Assembly: GCA_027078545.1 (NCBI GenBank)
Contig: JALWXN010000004.1
Span: 1,024,001-1,088,000 of the forward strand
Direction: 5' to 3'
DNA length: 64,000 nucleotides
Origin: Nitrososphaeria archaeon
Lineage (GTDB): Archaea; Thermoproteota; Nitrososphaeria; Geothermarchaeales; JDFR-13
Position numbers and translations under genes: made by a program. Shown one piece after another: positions 19,770 to 30,257 of this stretch (within the stretch, counting starts at the first letter, position 1; each line of letters starts with the position of its first letter). The notes under the pieces are model-generated. The model worked only from the letters and a program-made list of their open reading frames with translations, was not told the DNA's origin and did no database searches.

Positions 19770-20711
19770 ATGAGCAAGAGGAAGTGCATGTGGTGCGGCG
19801 GGGAGGCGACCATAGAGCTTAGATACGCCAGGCTCCTACTATGCGACGACTGCTTCAAGAAATACTTCATAAAGAGGATAGCCAAGACCGTCGAGGAGTA
19901 TAGGATGGTTAGGGAGGGGGAGAGGATAGGCGTCTTCTACGACGGCTCAAAACCATCGATAGCCCTCCTAGACGCACTTCCCCAGGCACTCCCCCGACAT
20001 GAGATCCACGCCATAATGATCGACATGGGCCTACCATACTACACGATAGAGGCCCGTACACCCCTCGAGGAGATAGCCAGGGAGAGGGGTATAGAGATAC
20101 ATGTATATAGCCTGCCAGACGAGAGGGGCTACTCGATAGAGGACTTCAGGGGGACGAAGTACTGGCCACGCATATGCAGCACATGCGCCCTGCTAAAGAG
20201 GTACTACAGCTCCTACGTAGCCAAGCAGGCAGGCCTCGACGTATTAGCTACGCCACACACCCTAGACGACGCTGTAGAGCTCCTCCTCACACTACTGGTG
20301 GATGGGAAGCTCGACGAGCTGGCCAGCTTCACACCTGTACAGGAGCCGGAGTTTCCGAACCAGGTCAGGAGGGTGAAGCCCCTGATAAAGACCTATGAAT
20401 GGGAGGTGGAGAAGTATATCGAGGTATCCGGCCTAGACACGGCCGGGGAATGCCCACTGAGGGAAGGCGCCCGGAGCACCTGGAGGAAGGAGGTCCTATC
20501 CAGGTTCGAGGAGCACGAGCCAGCCTTCCTAAGAAAGATGTATAGGAGCCTCACCAAGAAGCTGGCCCCAGTCCTGAGGGAGAGGTATGAGAGGCCCAGG
20601 CCAATACCCTGTAGGATATGTGGCGGTCCAAGCACAACAGGGATATGTGGGAGATGCGTGAGGGAGATCTACCTAAGGGATAGGAAGAAGCTGGACATAA
20701 AGATAGGGTGA
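19770..20711 (+). CDS. TtuA/Ncs6-family tRNA 2-thiolation protein homolog with degenerate PP-loop
   Basis: N- and C-terminal Zn fingers, CSTC...KR, HTLDD, VKPL, ECP; the PP-loop reads DGSKPS. Confidence 0.85.
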   Translation: MSKRKCMWCGGEATIELRYARLLLCDDCFKKYFIKRIAKTVEEYRMVREGERIGVFYDGSKPSIALLDALPQALPRHEIHAIMIDMGLPYYTIEARTPLEEIARERGIEIHVYSLPDERGYSIEDFRGTKYWPRICSTCALLKRYYSSYVAKQAGLDVLATPHTLDDAVELLLTLLVDGKLDELASFTPVQEPEFPNQVRRVKPLIKTYEWEVEKYIEVSGLDTAGECPLREGARSTWRKEVLSRFEEHEPAFLRKMYRSLTKKLAPVLRERYERPRPIPCRICGGPSTTGICGRCVREIYLRDRKKLDIKIG

Positions 20712-20715
20712 GGCG

Positions 20716-22077
20716 ATGGGGGAGATAATCCTCGACAGGGACACCAAGGTAATAATCCATAGGGGGGAGAACGAGATAGGCGGGACGATAATAGAGATTA
20801 GGACACGGGACGAGGCGATCATCCTAGACTTCGGCATATCCTACTCCAGGCGGAAGAAGTTCTATGACCCCCTATATAGACGGCCAAGGGGGGTTGAGGA
20901 GCTCATACGCCTAGGCATAGTACCGCCTAGGGAAGGGCTATATACCATCTGGCGCGACGATGGAGAGTATAATGAGAATCCCGAGACCGACGTGATAGGC
21001 GCCTTCATATCCCATGCCCATACAGACCACATAGGCCTACTAGCCCACATAAACGGGAACATACCCGTATACCTGGGCCACGCCGCACACCTAATTAACA
21101 ACGTATACCTGGAGAAGTCTAGGAGGGAGAGGTACAGCCTCAAGAGGAGGGAGGATATAGAAATAGAGACCTTCAGGACCGGAGACGTGATAAGTGTGGG
21201 GAGCTTCAGGGTAAGACCTATACACGTCGACCACAGCATACCCGGGGCATACTCATTCCTAGTAGAGACACCCGGCGGACTCATCCTCTACACAGGGGAC
21301 TTCAGGCTCCATGGAAACAACTATAGGCTAACCCAGGACATGGTCGCTACAGCCGAGTCTGAAGACGTCGAGCTAATGATCACCGAGGGCACCAGGGTAC
21401 ACGGCGGGACAAACATGGATGAGGAGAGGGTCTACAGGGAGATAATGAAGATAATGGATTCCTACCACGGGGAGGTCCTGGTAGAGAGCAACGCTAGGGA
21501 CTACGACAGATACGTATCGATACTGAGGGCGGCAGCCGAGACGGGGAGGAAGGTCGTGATGACCGATGAGCACCTGATATACTTCGTCAGGGGGATGTAT
21601 AGAGACCATAAGCTGAGGAGGAGCCTGGAGAGGGATATAGGCGACCCTAGAGACCTAGTCCAAGGCCTAGTCCCAGGCGGTGTAGAGAAGAGGAGGAGAG
21701 ACAAGAAGAAGGATGTCCTGGAGAAGATCATGGATGACGATGGATTCACAGTGGTGGGGGAGTATAATTATGACAGGGACAACGTACTCCTAGGATTCTA
21801 TAGGATAGTCCAGGACATCTACGACAAGGGTGGAGAAAGGATAGCCATAATAAGCAACTCAGAGCCCTTCGACGAGGAGGGTGAGACAGACGAGGCGAGG
21901 CTACGGAACTGGCTGACAGTTATGGGGGCACCCTCATATAGGGTCCACTGTAGCGGCCACATATCCATGCTAGACCTGAAGAAGATAGTCGAGAGGATAG
22001 AGCCTAGGAGGCTGAAGGTCGTACACTCAGAGTACCCCGAGCTCGTGGCGAGGTTCCTCGGGATAGGGGAGGGGTAA
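20716..22077 (+). CDS. MBL-fold beta-CASP ribonuclease (RNase J-like)
   Basis: EIGG, LDFG, SHAHTDH, VDHSIPGA, YTGDFR, EGT, HCSGH, VHSE. Confidence 0.85.
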   Translation: MGEIILDRDTKVIIHRGENEIGGTIIEIRTRDEAIILDFGISYSRRKKFYDPLYRRPRGVEELIRLGIVPPREGLYTIWRDDGEYNENPETDVIGAFISHAHTDHIGLLAHINGNIPVYLGHAAHLINNVYLEKSRRERYSLKRREDIEIETFRTGDVISVGSFRVRPIHVDHSIPGAYSFLVETPGGLILYTGDFRLHGNNYRLTQDMVATAESEDVELMITEGTRVHGGTNMDEERVYREIMKIMDSYHGEVLVESNARDYDRYVSILRAAAETGRKVVMTDEHLIYFVRGMYRDHKLRRSLERDIGDPRDLVQGLVPGGVEKRRRDKKKDVLEKIMDDDGFTVVGEYNYDRDNVLLGFYRIVQDIYDKGGERIAIISNSEPFDEEGETDEARLRNWLTVMGAPSYRVHCSGHISMLDLKKIVERIEPRRLKVVHSEYPELVARFLGIGEG

Positions 22078-22135
22078 TTACACCCTATTATATTGTATCT
22101 CGCCACAATCATAGATACTTGTCCGGGGGGTAGAT

Positions 22136-23854
22136 GTGGAGAGGATCCTCCATGACCTATTAATAATCGGCAGCGGCCTGGCAGGGCTCAGAGCAGCGGC
22201 GGCCGCAACCCTCAAGAGCGGCGGGAAGCTCGACATAGCCGTGATATCAAAGCTATACGCTAATAGGAGCCACAGCGTAGCAGCCCAGGGAGGGACAGCC
22301 GCAGTTCTATACCCCAACGAGGGGGACAGCTTCATACTACATGCGTGGGACACGATCAAGGGCTCAGACTTCCTAGCAGACCAGGACGCGGTCATGATAC
22401 TGGTCAGGGAGGCGCCTAAGGAGATCTACTTCCTCGAGCACTGGGGGATGCCATGGAACAGGAGGGAGGACGGGAGGATAGCGCAGAGGAAGTTCGGTGG
22501 GCACAGCTTCCCCAGGGCGACCTACGCAGTCGATAAGACAGGCCTATTCGAGATGCAGACCCTATGGGGGATCATACAGAGATACGACAACATAACGGTC
22601 TACAACGAGCACTACGTGACCAACCTCATCGTGGAGCAGGGAAGATTCAAGGGCGTATTCGCCATAGACATGAAGACAGGCGAGATGAAGGCGATACTAG
22701 GCAAGGCCGGGATCCTAGCCACCGGGATGGGGCTCAGGATGTATAAATTCACGACCTACAGCCTCAGCCAGACAGGTGATGGGGGAGCCATAGCATTGAG
22801 AGCAGGGCTAGCCCTGAAGGACATGGAGTTCGTCCAGTTCCACCCCACAGGCCTAGTACCGTCGGGCATACTCATCACAGAGGGCGCCAGGGGAGAGGGT
22901 GGATACCTGAGGAACAACAAGGGGGAGAGATTCATGAAGAGATACGCCCCCGACAGGATGGAGATAGCCCCCAGGGACGTAGTCTCGAGGGCTGAGATGA
23001 CCGAGATACTCGAGGGGAGAGGCTTCAAGGGGCCGGGAGGCCTCGACTATGTCCATCTAGACCTGACCCATCTAGGGGCGGACCATATAAATTCTAAGCT
23101 ACCCCTAGTCAGGGAGGTCTCGATAAAGTTCGCAGGTGTAGACCCTATAAACGAGCCGATACCCGTGAGGCCCGTGGCCCACTACCCAATGGGGGGTGTG
23201 AAGATATCGATATACGGCGAGACAGATATCAAGGGGCTATGGGCCGCCGGCGAGGTAGGATGCCTAAGCGTACACGGAGCCAACAGGCTTGGAAGCAACT
23301 CCACAATAGAATGCCTAGTCTGGGGGAGGATAACGGGAGAGGCGGCCGCTGAATACCTTATGAACCATGCGGACGGCACAGTCACCATAGACAAGGAGAG
23401 GGAGAAGGAGGAGGAGCGCTGGATATACGACCACTTCATGGGCAGGGAGACGGGTGAAGACCCCTACCAGATAAGGAGGGAGCTGAGGGAGGTTATGGAC
23501 AAGGACTTCTACGTATTCAGGAACGGGAGGGATATGGAGGAGGGCCTAAAGAAGATTAGGGAGCTCAGGGAGAGGGCCGAGAAGATGTATGTAGCCGATA
23601 AGAACAGGGTCTACAACCTAGACCTGATATACACACTGGAGACATACAACATGGTACAGGTCTCAGAGGCCATAGCGCTAGGCGCATACCTCAGGACAGA
23701 GTCGAGGGGGGCGCACTACAGAACCGACTATCCAAAGAGGGACGACAAGAACTGGCTGAAACACACCCTCGTATGGCTCACAAAGGACGGGCTGGAGGTT
23801 GGATACGAGCCCGTGAGGATCCTCCTATGGAAACCCACCGAGAGGAAGTATTGA
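22136..23854 (+). CDS. sdhA: Succinate dehydrogenase flavoprotein subunit
   Basis: [16 protein letters not shown] (covalent FAD His), [32 protein letters not shown]. Confidence 0.96.
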   Translation: MERILHDLLIIGSGLAGLRAAAAATLKSGGKLDIAVISKLYANRSHSVAAQGGTAAVLYPNEGDSFILHAWDTIKGSDFLADQDAVMILVREAPKEIYFLEHWGMPWNRREDGRIAQRKFGGHSFPRATYAVDKTGLFEMQTLWGIIQRYDNITVYNEHYVTNLIVEQGRFKGVFAIDMKTGEMKAILGKAGILATGMGLRMYKFTTYSLSQTGDGGAIALRAGLALKDMEFVQFHPTGLVPSGILITEGARGEGGYLRNNKGERFMKRYAPDRMEIAPRDVVSRAEMTEILEGRGFKGPGGLDYVHLDLTHLGADHINSKLPLVREVSIKFAGVDPINEPIPVRPVAHYPMGGVKISIYGETDIKGLWAAGEVGCLSVHGANRLGSNSTIECLVWGRITGEAAAEYLMNHADGTVTIDKEREKEEERWIYDHFMGRETGEDPYQIRRELREVMDKDFYVFRNGRDMEEGLKKIRELRERAEKMYVADKNRVYNLDLIYTLETYNMVQVSEAIALGAYLRTESRGAHYRTDYPKRDDKNWLKHTLVWLTKDGLEVGYEPVRILLWKPTERKY

Positions 23855-23855
23855 G

Positions 23856-24308
23856 GTGGTGAATATGTCGAAGAAGGGGAGGAAGGGGATCCTCGGATGG
23901 ATAATACCCATAACGAATATAGAGAGGCTCCTATACAGCCTCCACAGGATAACGGGTATAGGCCTCACCCTATACCTCTTCATACACATATACGAGACGA
24001 GCATGCGTGCACTGGGTAGGGAGACATGGATATCCACATCCGAGTTCCTAGACAACCCGGTCTTCCACATAGGCCTACTCCTAGTAGTCCTCGCAGCCAT
24101 ATTCCACGGGGCAAACGGGATAAGGCTGATACTCCAGGAGCTAGGCCTCATAGCTCCTAAGCCCACCCAGCCAGTATACCCATATAGGAAGTACCATAGG
24201 GAAAGGAGGGTCTACATGGTCACTATAACCATGCTGATCCTAGGCATAGGAGTAGCGATATTCGCCCTCCGAGACTTCCTGATCCTACTGGAGGTGCTTG
24301 GGAAGTGA
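23856..24308 (+). CDS. sdhC: Succinate dehydrogenase cytochrome b subunit
   Basis: LHRITG, FHGANGIR, 3 TMs, operon position. Confidence 0.9.
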   Translation: MVNMSKKGRKGILGWIIPITNIERLLYSLHRITGIGLTLYLFIHIYETSMRALGRETWISTSEFLDNPVFHIGLLLVVLAAIFHGANGIRLILQELGLIAPKPTQPVYPYRKYHRERRVYMVTITMLILGIGVAIFALRDFLILLEVLGK

Positions 24309-24652
24309 ATGGGAGGATAAGGCTGGGGATATACTTCTCGGGAGCCCTACTGGTGGTGCTGGTCCTAATACACCTCTCACTATTCTCATACTGGTTCGTC
24401 GAGGAGGGATACTACACAGGGATGTCCTGGGAAGCAGTCTCTGAGAGGATGAACAGCATATTATGGGACGCCTTCTACCTAGTATTCCTCACAACCGTCA
24501 TGGCACACTCCTACATAGGGATCAGGAACATCCTATTCGAATACATCACCTCCGAGGGGGGCAGGAGACTCATAACCTATGCCCTAGCCCTCATATGGAT
24601 ATCCGCATACATCTATGGACTAATACCCATAATAGCCTCGGCAGGTGGTTAG
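24305..24652 (+). CDS. sdhD: Succinate dehydrogenase membrane anchor
   Basis: SGALL...IH, HSYIGIRNIL.EY, 3 TMs. Confidence 0.88.
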   Translation: MNGRIRLGIYFSGALLVVLVLIHLSLFSYWFVEEGYYTGMSWEAVSERMNSILWDAFYLVFLTTVMAHSYIGIRNILFEYITSEGGRRLITYALALIWISAYIYGLIPIIASAGG

Positions 24653-25532
24653 GATGGAGGAGAAGAAGGTCATATTTAGGCTCAGGAGATACGACCCGGA
24701 GACAGGCGGGTATAGAGAGGATAGGTATGAGGTCCCGGTATATAGGGGGATGACCGTACTCGACGGCCTGATATGGATAAAGGAGAACCTCGACAGGACT
24801 GTCAGCTACAGGGCGAGCTGCAGGATGGGCCTATGTGGGAGCTGCGGAATGACCGTCAATGGGAGGCCCACCCTGACATGTGAGACCCAGATACTCAGCC
24901 TAGAGAGGGACGAGCTGACGATAGAGCCCCTATACAACATGGAGCCTGTAAGAGACCTAGTCGCAGACTTCCACCAGTTCTTCAAGAACCAGAGGGCGAT
25001 AAAGCCATACCTAATAAGGAGGGATATCGAGGAGCAGGTAGAGCCGACGAGGGAGTATCTACAGGACCCGGAGGAGTGGAACCTCTACATACAGTTCGCC
25101 ATGTGTATAACCTGCGGCCTATGCTACTCGGCATGCCCAACCACAGCCACTAATGAGAAGTACCTAGGCCCACAGGCACTGGCAAACCTCTTCCGCTTCT
25201 ACATAGACAGTAGGGACGAGGGGTGGGAGGAGAGGCTAGCCATAGCCGACTCGTTGGACGGGGTATGGGGATGCCACCTAGCGACGGGCTGCTCAGAGGT
25301 ATGCCCCAAAGGTGTCGACCCAGCACTCGCTATACAGCTCCTAAGACGGGAGATCTTGAGGAAGAACCTGGGTAGGAAGACTAGGCGGGAGGCCAGGCCA
25401 CTCGCACCCCTACTACCCCCAGAGGAGGAGAGTCCATACAGGGCCTTCGGAGAGGCCCCAGAATTCACGGTCGAGGGTGCGGAGGAGGCCGCCGAGAAGT
25501 TCAATATTCTACACGACCCCAGGAAGAGGTAA
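24645..25532 (+). CDS. sdhB: Succinate dehydrogenase iron-sulfur subunit
   Basis: CRMGLCGSC, CITCGLCYSACP, CHLATGCSEVCP. Confidence 0.96.
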   Translation: MVRMEEKKVIFRLRRYDPETGGYREDRYEVPVYRGMTVLDGLIWIKENLDRTVSYRASCRMGLCGSCGMTVNGRPTLTCETQILSLERDELTIEPLYNMEPVRDLVADFHQFFKNQRAIKPYLIRRDIEEQVEPTREYLQDPEEWNLYIQFAMCITCGLCYSACPTTATNEKYLGPQALANLFRFYIDSRDEGWEERLAIADSLDGVWGCHLATGCSEVCPKGVDPALAIQLLRREILRKNLGRKTRREARPLAPLLPPEEESPYRAFGEAPEFTVEGAEEAAEKFNILHDPRKR

Positions 25533-25541
25533 ACCGGACAC

Positions 25542-26510
25542 ATGGATCTCCACGAGATATACAGTGGGGTTGAGAGGGGGGAGCTCCTAAACCTGGCATA
25601 CCCATCACTGGGCCATATAGCGGAGCCAAGCGATGCGCCTAGGCGGGATATAGACCTCTCCACAGCAGCGGAGAAGTATATGGAGAGCCTCGGACTGGGG
25701 AGTGGATGGAGGGCATCAGCAGTCCCGAGCCCCAGGGAGGCCATAGAGGCAGTAGCATCCCTACTACCCAGGGGTAGGACAGCCTATGCACTCCCATGGC
25801 ATACAGAGGCTGAGAAGGCTCTGAAGAGGATCTACAAGCCACTCGTCTCCATACCAGTCGATGGAGCCGACCCAATACCCAGCTTCCTAGACTATAACTT
25901 CGAGTATGACGGCCTATACTACATAGAGACTCCCGACAGGACCACGGGCAAGACCTACCTAGACCTCCTAGCGAAGATCGTTGAGACCCTTGTGGACAAG
26001 GCCGGACTCATACTCATCGACATAACATATCTACACACGATCCCCATAGAGGAGAGGAGAGCGGTGGCCAGGCTCCTATCCATAGAGGAGGTATGGGCCG
26101 CATACCTAGCCAGGCTACCAGAGTCCCTGACGAGGCACGACTATACAGCCCCGATCCTCATACATAGGATAGATGGTTTAGACGTAGAGCAGGCACCACC
26201 ACCCATAGCCAGATCCACAGCATCAGACCTCATCTACCAGACCAGCCTCTGGGACGGCCTGATAGACACAGTCTCGGAGACCATAGGCCTGAGAAAGGAG
26301 GTGCTGAGGGAGATAGGCATAGAGGCCTGGGGAGCCTCCGTAACAATAGAGGTTGAAGACCCGGGAGACGCGGAGTTGATAGCGAGGTCTAGAGGGGTCG
26401 TCCTCAGGAGGGTTGACAGCATCAGGAGGATAGGGATGAGCCTCTACACAAGGACAGACTTCCCCAAGGCGGTGGAGAAGATCCGGGATGTCCTCGAGGC
26501 CAGACCCTAG
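25542..26510 (+). CDS. Divergent class I/II PLP aminotransferase-fold protein
   Basis: LNLA, YIETPDRTTGKTY (NPTG-like), ILIDITY (DxxY); no SxSK motif. Confidence 0.55.
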   Translation: MDLHEIYSGVERGELLNLAYPSLGHIAEPSDAPRRDIDLSTAAEKYMESLGLGSGWRASAVPSPREAIEAVASLLPRGRTAYALPWHTEAEKALKRIYKPLVSIPVDGADPIPSFLDYNFEYDGLYYIETPDRTTGKTYLDLLAKIVETLVDKAGLILIDITYLHTIPIEERRAVARLLSIEEVWAAYLARLPESLTRHDYTAPILIHRIDGLDVEQAPPPIARSTASDLIYQTSLWDGLIDTVSETIGLRKEVLREIGIEAWGASVTIEVEDPGDAELIARSRGVVLRRVDSIRRIGMSLYTRTDFPKAVEKIRDVLEARP

Positions 26511-27174
26511 GGAGGTCTATAGGAGGCTGAGGAGAGCCGTAGAGCTAGGGAGGCAGAGGTTCACCACCCTAGAGGCAGGCCAGAACATATTCGCCAAGGC
26601 AGTCGCCACAATACTCAGCCAGAACACCAACGACGAGAACAGTATAGCGGCGTACCAAGAGCTTAGCAGGAAGGTGGAGGTAACCCCAGAGTCGATGCTC
26701 AGGATAAGCATCGAGGAGCTTGAGAACCTCATCAGGAGGGCGGGCCTACAGAGGCAGAAGGCAAGAGCCATAAAGAACCTAGCAAAGAAGGTTGTTGAGG
26801 ATCTGGGTGGAGACCTAGCCAGACTAGGAGAGATGGATACAGAGAGGGCTAGGGAGTGGCTCCTAGGGATAGAGGGGATAGGCAAGAAGACTGCAGATAT
26901 AATCCTGATAAACCTGGGCCACCCAACATTCCCAGTAGACACCCACATCTCAAGGATCACATGTAGACTCGGGATAACAGACAGCAGGCGGTACGACGAG
27001 GTCTCAAGGGCATGGATAGAGGCCCTAGACCCCAGCCAGTACCACGACGCACACCTAAGGCTAATAGCATTCGGCAGAACAGTCTGCACAAGCAGGAGCC
27101 CCAGGTGTGGAGACTGCGTTTTAAACGATATATGCCGATACTATAGCGAAGATGGTCAGGGTTGTAAGGCTTAG
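26488..27174 (+). CDS. nth: Endonuclease III (HhH-GPD glycosylase/lyase)
   Basis: ILSQNT, GIGKKTAD, PVDTH, C-x6-C-x2-C-x5-C cluster. Confidence 0.93.
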   Translation: MSSRPDPREVYRRLRRAVELGRQRFTTLEAGQNIFAKAVATILSQNTNDENSIAAYQELSRKVEVTPESMLRISIEELENLIRRAGLQRQKARAIKNLAKKVVEDLGGDLARLGEMDTERAREWLLGIEGIGKKTADIILINLGHPTFPVDTHISRITCRLGITDSRRYDEVSRAWIEALDPSQYHDAHLRLIAFGRTVCTSRSPRCGDCVLNDICRYYSEDGQGCKA

Positions 27175-28282
27175 GAGGGGTGTAGAGACACCCAGGCCCA
27201 CCATATACAGCAAATGGGTATATGACCATGGAGGGGCCGAGCCCGGGGAGGAGGTTATAGTCGAGACATATGAGAGGGAGACGATAGGCGTCGGGATCTA
27301 CGACGGGGCGGGCCCAATAGCAGTTAGGATGCTAGGCATAGGAGTAGCGGCACCAGCGGCCCAGCTCCTAGAGGAGAACCTCCTAAAGGCATACATCCTA
27401 AGGAGGGGCCTAGGCTGGGACTCATATAGACTGGTGAACTCGGACGGCGACATGATACCAGGGATAATCATAGACATCTATAGAGACACAGCCGTTATAC
27501 AGAGCGGAAGCCTAGGTATGGACCACCACCTAGAGACGATAGCGAGGATACTGAAGAAGCACGGGATAGCCGAATACATCTACATAAGGAACGACCAGAG
27601 AAGCAGGCGAGAAGCCGGCCTAGATACATGGAAGGACTGGCTCGGTGAGAGGGGCGAGACACAGATAACCATCCATGAGGGGGAGGCAAGGTTCCTAGTC
27701 GACATCGAGAAGGGACACAAGACAGGCTTCTTCCTAGACCAGCGGATGAACAGGCTGGAGACAAGGCTATACAGCAGGGACAGGGTAGTCCACGACCTCT
27801 ACGCCTATACAGGCGGCTTCGGCATACACGCCCTACTATCAGGGGCTAAGAAGGTCTACTTCATAGAGAGGGATGGATGGGCAGCCGAGATGATCGAGGA
27901 GAATATAAGGCTAAACAGGCTCAGTAACCGGAGCTACGAGGTTGTCCAGGGAGACGCCATGGAATGGCTAGGAGAAGCCAGGGGAGACCTAATCATAGCA
28001 GATCCAAACGCCTTCATACAGAGCCGGAGGGAGATTGAACACGGCACCAAGAGGTATAGAGAGCTATATACAGGGGTATACACCTCCCTTGAACATGGGG
28101 GAGTAGCCTTCCTAAGCAGCTGTAGCTACTTCCTAAGTGAGAAGAGGTTCCTAGAAATAGTGACAGGCCTGGGGAGCCACAGAGTACTAGGCTGGCTAAG
28201 GGGAGCCTCACCAGATCATGTGGTTAGACACGACACCCCGGAGCTCCGATACCTAAAGGCGGTCTTCATATACAAGGCCTAG
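27152..28282 (+). CDS. rlmI: PUA-domain SAM-dependent rRNA m5C methyltransferase (RlmI family)
   Basis: RLVNSDGD..PG, GHKTGFFLDQR, YAYTGGF, DPNAF, SSCS. Confidence 0.88.
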   Translation: MVRVVRLRRGVETPRPTIYSKWVYDHGGAEPGEEVIVETYERETIGVGIYDGAGPIAVRMLGIGVAAPAAQLLEENLLKAYILRRGLGWDSYRLVNSDGDMIPGIIIDIYRDTAVIQSGSLGMDHHLETIARILKKHGIAEYIYIRNDQRSRREAGLDTWKDWLGERGETQITIHEGEARFLVDIEKGHKTGFFLDQRMNRLETRLYSRDRVVHDLYAYTGGFGIHALLSGAKKVYFIERDGWAAEMIEENIRLNRLSNRSYEVVQGDAMEWLGEARGDLIIADPNAFIQSRREIEHGTKRYRELYTGVYTSLEHGGVAFLSSCSYFLSEKRFLEIVTGLGSHRVLGWLRGASPDHVVRHDTPELRYLKAVFIYKA

Positions 28283-28821
28283 CTAATCTCGATACTCTCT
28301 ATAAACTCGAGCTCCCTAATCTCCTCTATAGCCTTGCCAGGCACCGGGCCCTCAGTAACTATGTACAGCTTCTGAGCCTCCTTGAGGTAGGGGCTCTCAG
28401 CAATGACCTGGACAATATTGACGCCATGCCTAGCAAGTATACCCGATACACCAGCAATGATCCCTGGCTGATCCCTCCTAGGCGTTATCGATAGAACGGA
28501 GTAGCCCAGGTAGCGGGCAACATCCCTCAGGAAAGGGCCAGCGGGCAACAGCCTCTCGAAGAAGCTGGAGAGCCACTCATCACGGCCTATAAACTCGACA
28601 GCACTCTGGACAACACGCCTATCAACACCTAGGGCCTCGGCCAGGGATGAGAAGGGGATCTTTATACTCCCGAGGTAGATCCTACCAGACCTCACGGAGA
28701 GGCCATAGTTGACCAGGGCCTCGACAACCCTCTTCTGGGCGGGACGGTCACGGAAGACCTCATCGATATAGCTTGGGAGATCCTTCAAACCGATCCACCA
28801 TAGACTCGATACATCAGTCAC
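28279..28821 (-). CDS. trpY: TrpY-type HTH-ACT transcriptional regulator
   Basis: LAEALGVDRRVV HTH, PAGPFLRDVA, C-terminal ACT (PGIIAGVS..LA..GVNI); divergent from trpB2; start GTG 28821 or TTG 28788. Confidence 0.82.
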   Translation of the reverse strand: MTDVSSLWWIGLKDLPSYIDEVFRDRPAQKRVVEALVNYGLSVRSGRIYLGSIKIPFSSLAEALGVDRRVVQSAVEFIGRDEWLSSFFERLLPAGPFLRDVARYLGYSVLSITPRRDQPGIIAGVSGILARHGVNIVQVIAESPYLKEAQKLYIVTEGPVPGKAIEEIRELEFIESIEIS

Positions 28822-28847
28822 ATATTTAATGCTCCAGAGCCTTTAAC

Positions 28848-28883
28848 TGTTCATTAATGCTTAAATATGTTCATCGATGTATA
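28848..28883. promoter_or_regulatory. Four TRP-box-like hexamers (N4 spacing) overlapping the trpB2 TATA box
   Basis: TGTTCA-ttaa-TGCTTA-aata-TGTTCA-tcga-TGTATA; TATA-like TTAAATA at 28861-28867. Confidence 0.75.
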
Positions 28884-28892
28884 TCTATTATC

Positions 28893-30257
28893 ATGACCCC
28901 GAGAACCATCCACCTAGACCCAGAGGAGATGCCGAGGAGATGGTACAACATACTCCCCGACCTCCCAGAGCCACTACCACCACCCCTAGACCCGGAGACT
29001 GGTAAGCCACTAGGCCCAGAGAAGCTCGCCCCACTATTCCCCATGGAGCTGATCAAGCAGGAGGTAAGTACCGAACGCTTCATAGACATACCGGAGGAGG
29101 TCCTCGAGGTATACAGGATCTATAGGCCAACTCCACTCATCAGGGCTAAATACCTCGAGGAGAAGCTGGGAACGCCAGCCAAGATCTTCTATAAATATGA
29201 GGGTGTAAGCCCCACGGGGAGCCATAAGCCGAACACAGCGATAGCACAGGCATACTACAACATGAAGGAGGGTGTTGAGAGGCTCACCACAGAGACAGGG
29301 GCTGGGCAGTGGGGCAGCGCACTATCCTTCGCCGGCTACGTATATGGCCTCAAGGTCACTGTATACATGGTTAGGATAAGCTATCTACAGAAGCCCTTCA
29401 GGAAGGTATTGATGAGGCTCTATGGAGCAGATGTAGTGCCCAGCCCCAGCGATAGGACGCCCTATGGAAGGGAGCTCCTGAAGGAGGATCCTGAGCATCC
29501 AGGCAGCCTCGGGATAGCGATTACAGAGGCGGTGTACGACGCGGCTACAAACGAGGATACCAAGTATAGCCTAGGCAGCGTACTCAACCACGTCCTCATG
29601 CACCAGACCATCATTGGGCTTGAGGCGATCAAGCAGATGGAGATGATAGACATGATGCCCGACTACGTGGTGGGGGCAGTCGGGGGAGGCAGTAACTTCG
29701 CAGGCCTAGCATATCCATTCTACATGTTGAAGAAGATGGGCAAGGCCGACCCCAAGCTCCTGGCAGTAGAGCCAACAGCAGCCCCAACACTAACGAAGGG
29801 TGTCTATACCTACGACTTCGGAGACACGGGTAGGATGACACCACTGCTAAAGATGTATACCCTGGGACACACCTTCATCCCCCCACCCATACATGCAGGG
29901 GGGCTCAGATACCATGGCGACGCACCCACACTATGCCTCCTGAAGGACAAGGGGGAGATAGACGCAGTAGCCTATAACCAGGTCGAGGTCTTCGAGGCGG
30001 CGAAGCTATTCTTCACCACAGAGGGGATACTACCAGCCCCAGAGTCTGCCCACGCGGTGAAGGCTGCGATAGACCTTGCTCTCGAGGCCAAGGAGAAGGG
30101 TGAGGAGAGGGTTATACTCTTCAACCTTAGTGGGCACGGATTCTTCGATATGAAGGCCTACGAAGAATTCATAGAGGGCAAGCTAGAGCCCTACGACTAT
30201 CCAGAGGAGGAGATCAAACGGAATATTGAGAAGCTCCGTGAATTCGTCAAGGTCTGA
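28893..30257 (+). CDS. trpB2: Tryptophan synthase beta chain 2 (stand-alone TrpB2)
   Basis: [48 protein letters not shown]; leaderless ATG 28893. Confidence 0.95.
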   Translation: MTPRTIHLDPEEMPRRWYNILPDLPEPLPPPLDPETGKPLGPEKLAPLFPMELIKQEVSTERFIDIPEEVLEVYRIYRPTPLIRAKYLEEKLGTPAKIFYKYEGVSPTGSHKPNTAIAQAYYNMKEGVERLTTETGAGQWGSALSFAGYVYGLKVTVYMVRISYLQKPFRKVLMRLYGADVVPSPSDRTPYGRELLKEDPEHPGSLGIAITEAVYDAATNEDTKYSLGSVLNHVLMHQTIIGLEAIKQMEMIDMMPDYVVGAVGGGSNFAGLAYPFYMLKKMGKADPKLLAVEPTAAPTLTKGVYTYDFGDTGRMTPLLKMYTLGHTFIPPPIHAGGLRYHGDAPTLCLLKDKGEIDAVAYNQVEVFEAAKLFFTTEGILPAPESAHAVKAAIDLALEAKEKGEERVILFNLSGHGFFDMKAYEEFIEGKLEPYDYPEEEIKRNIEKLREFVKV

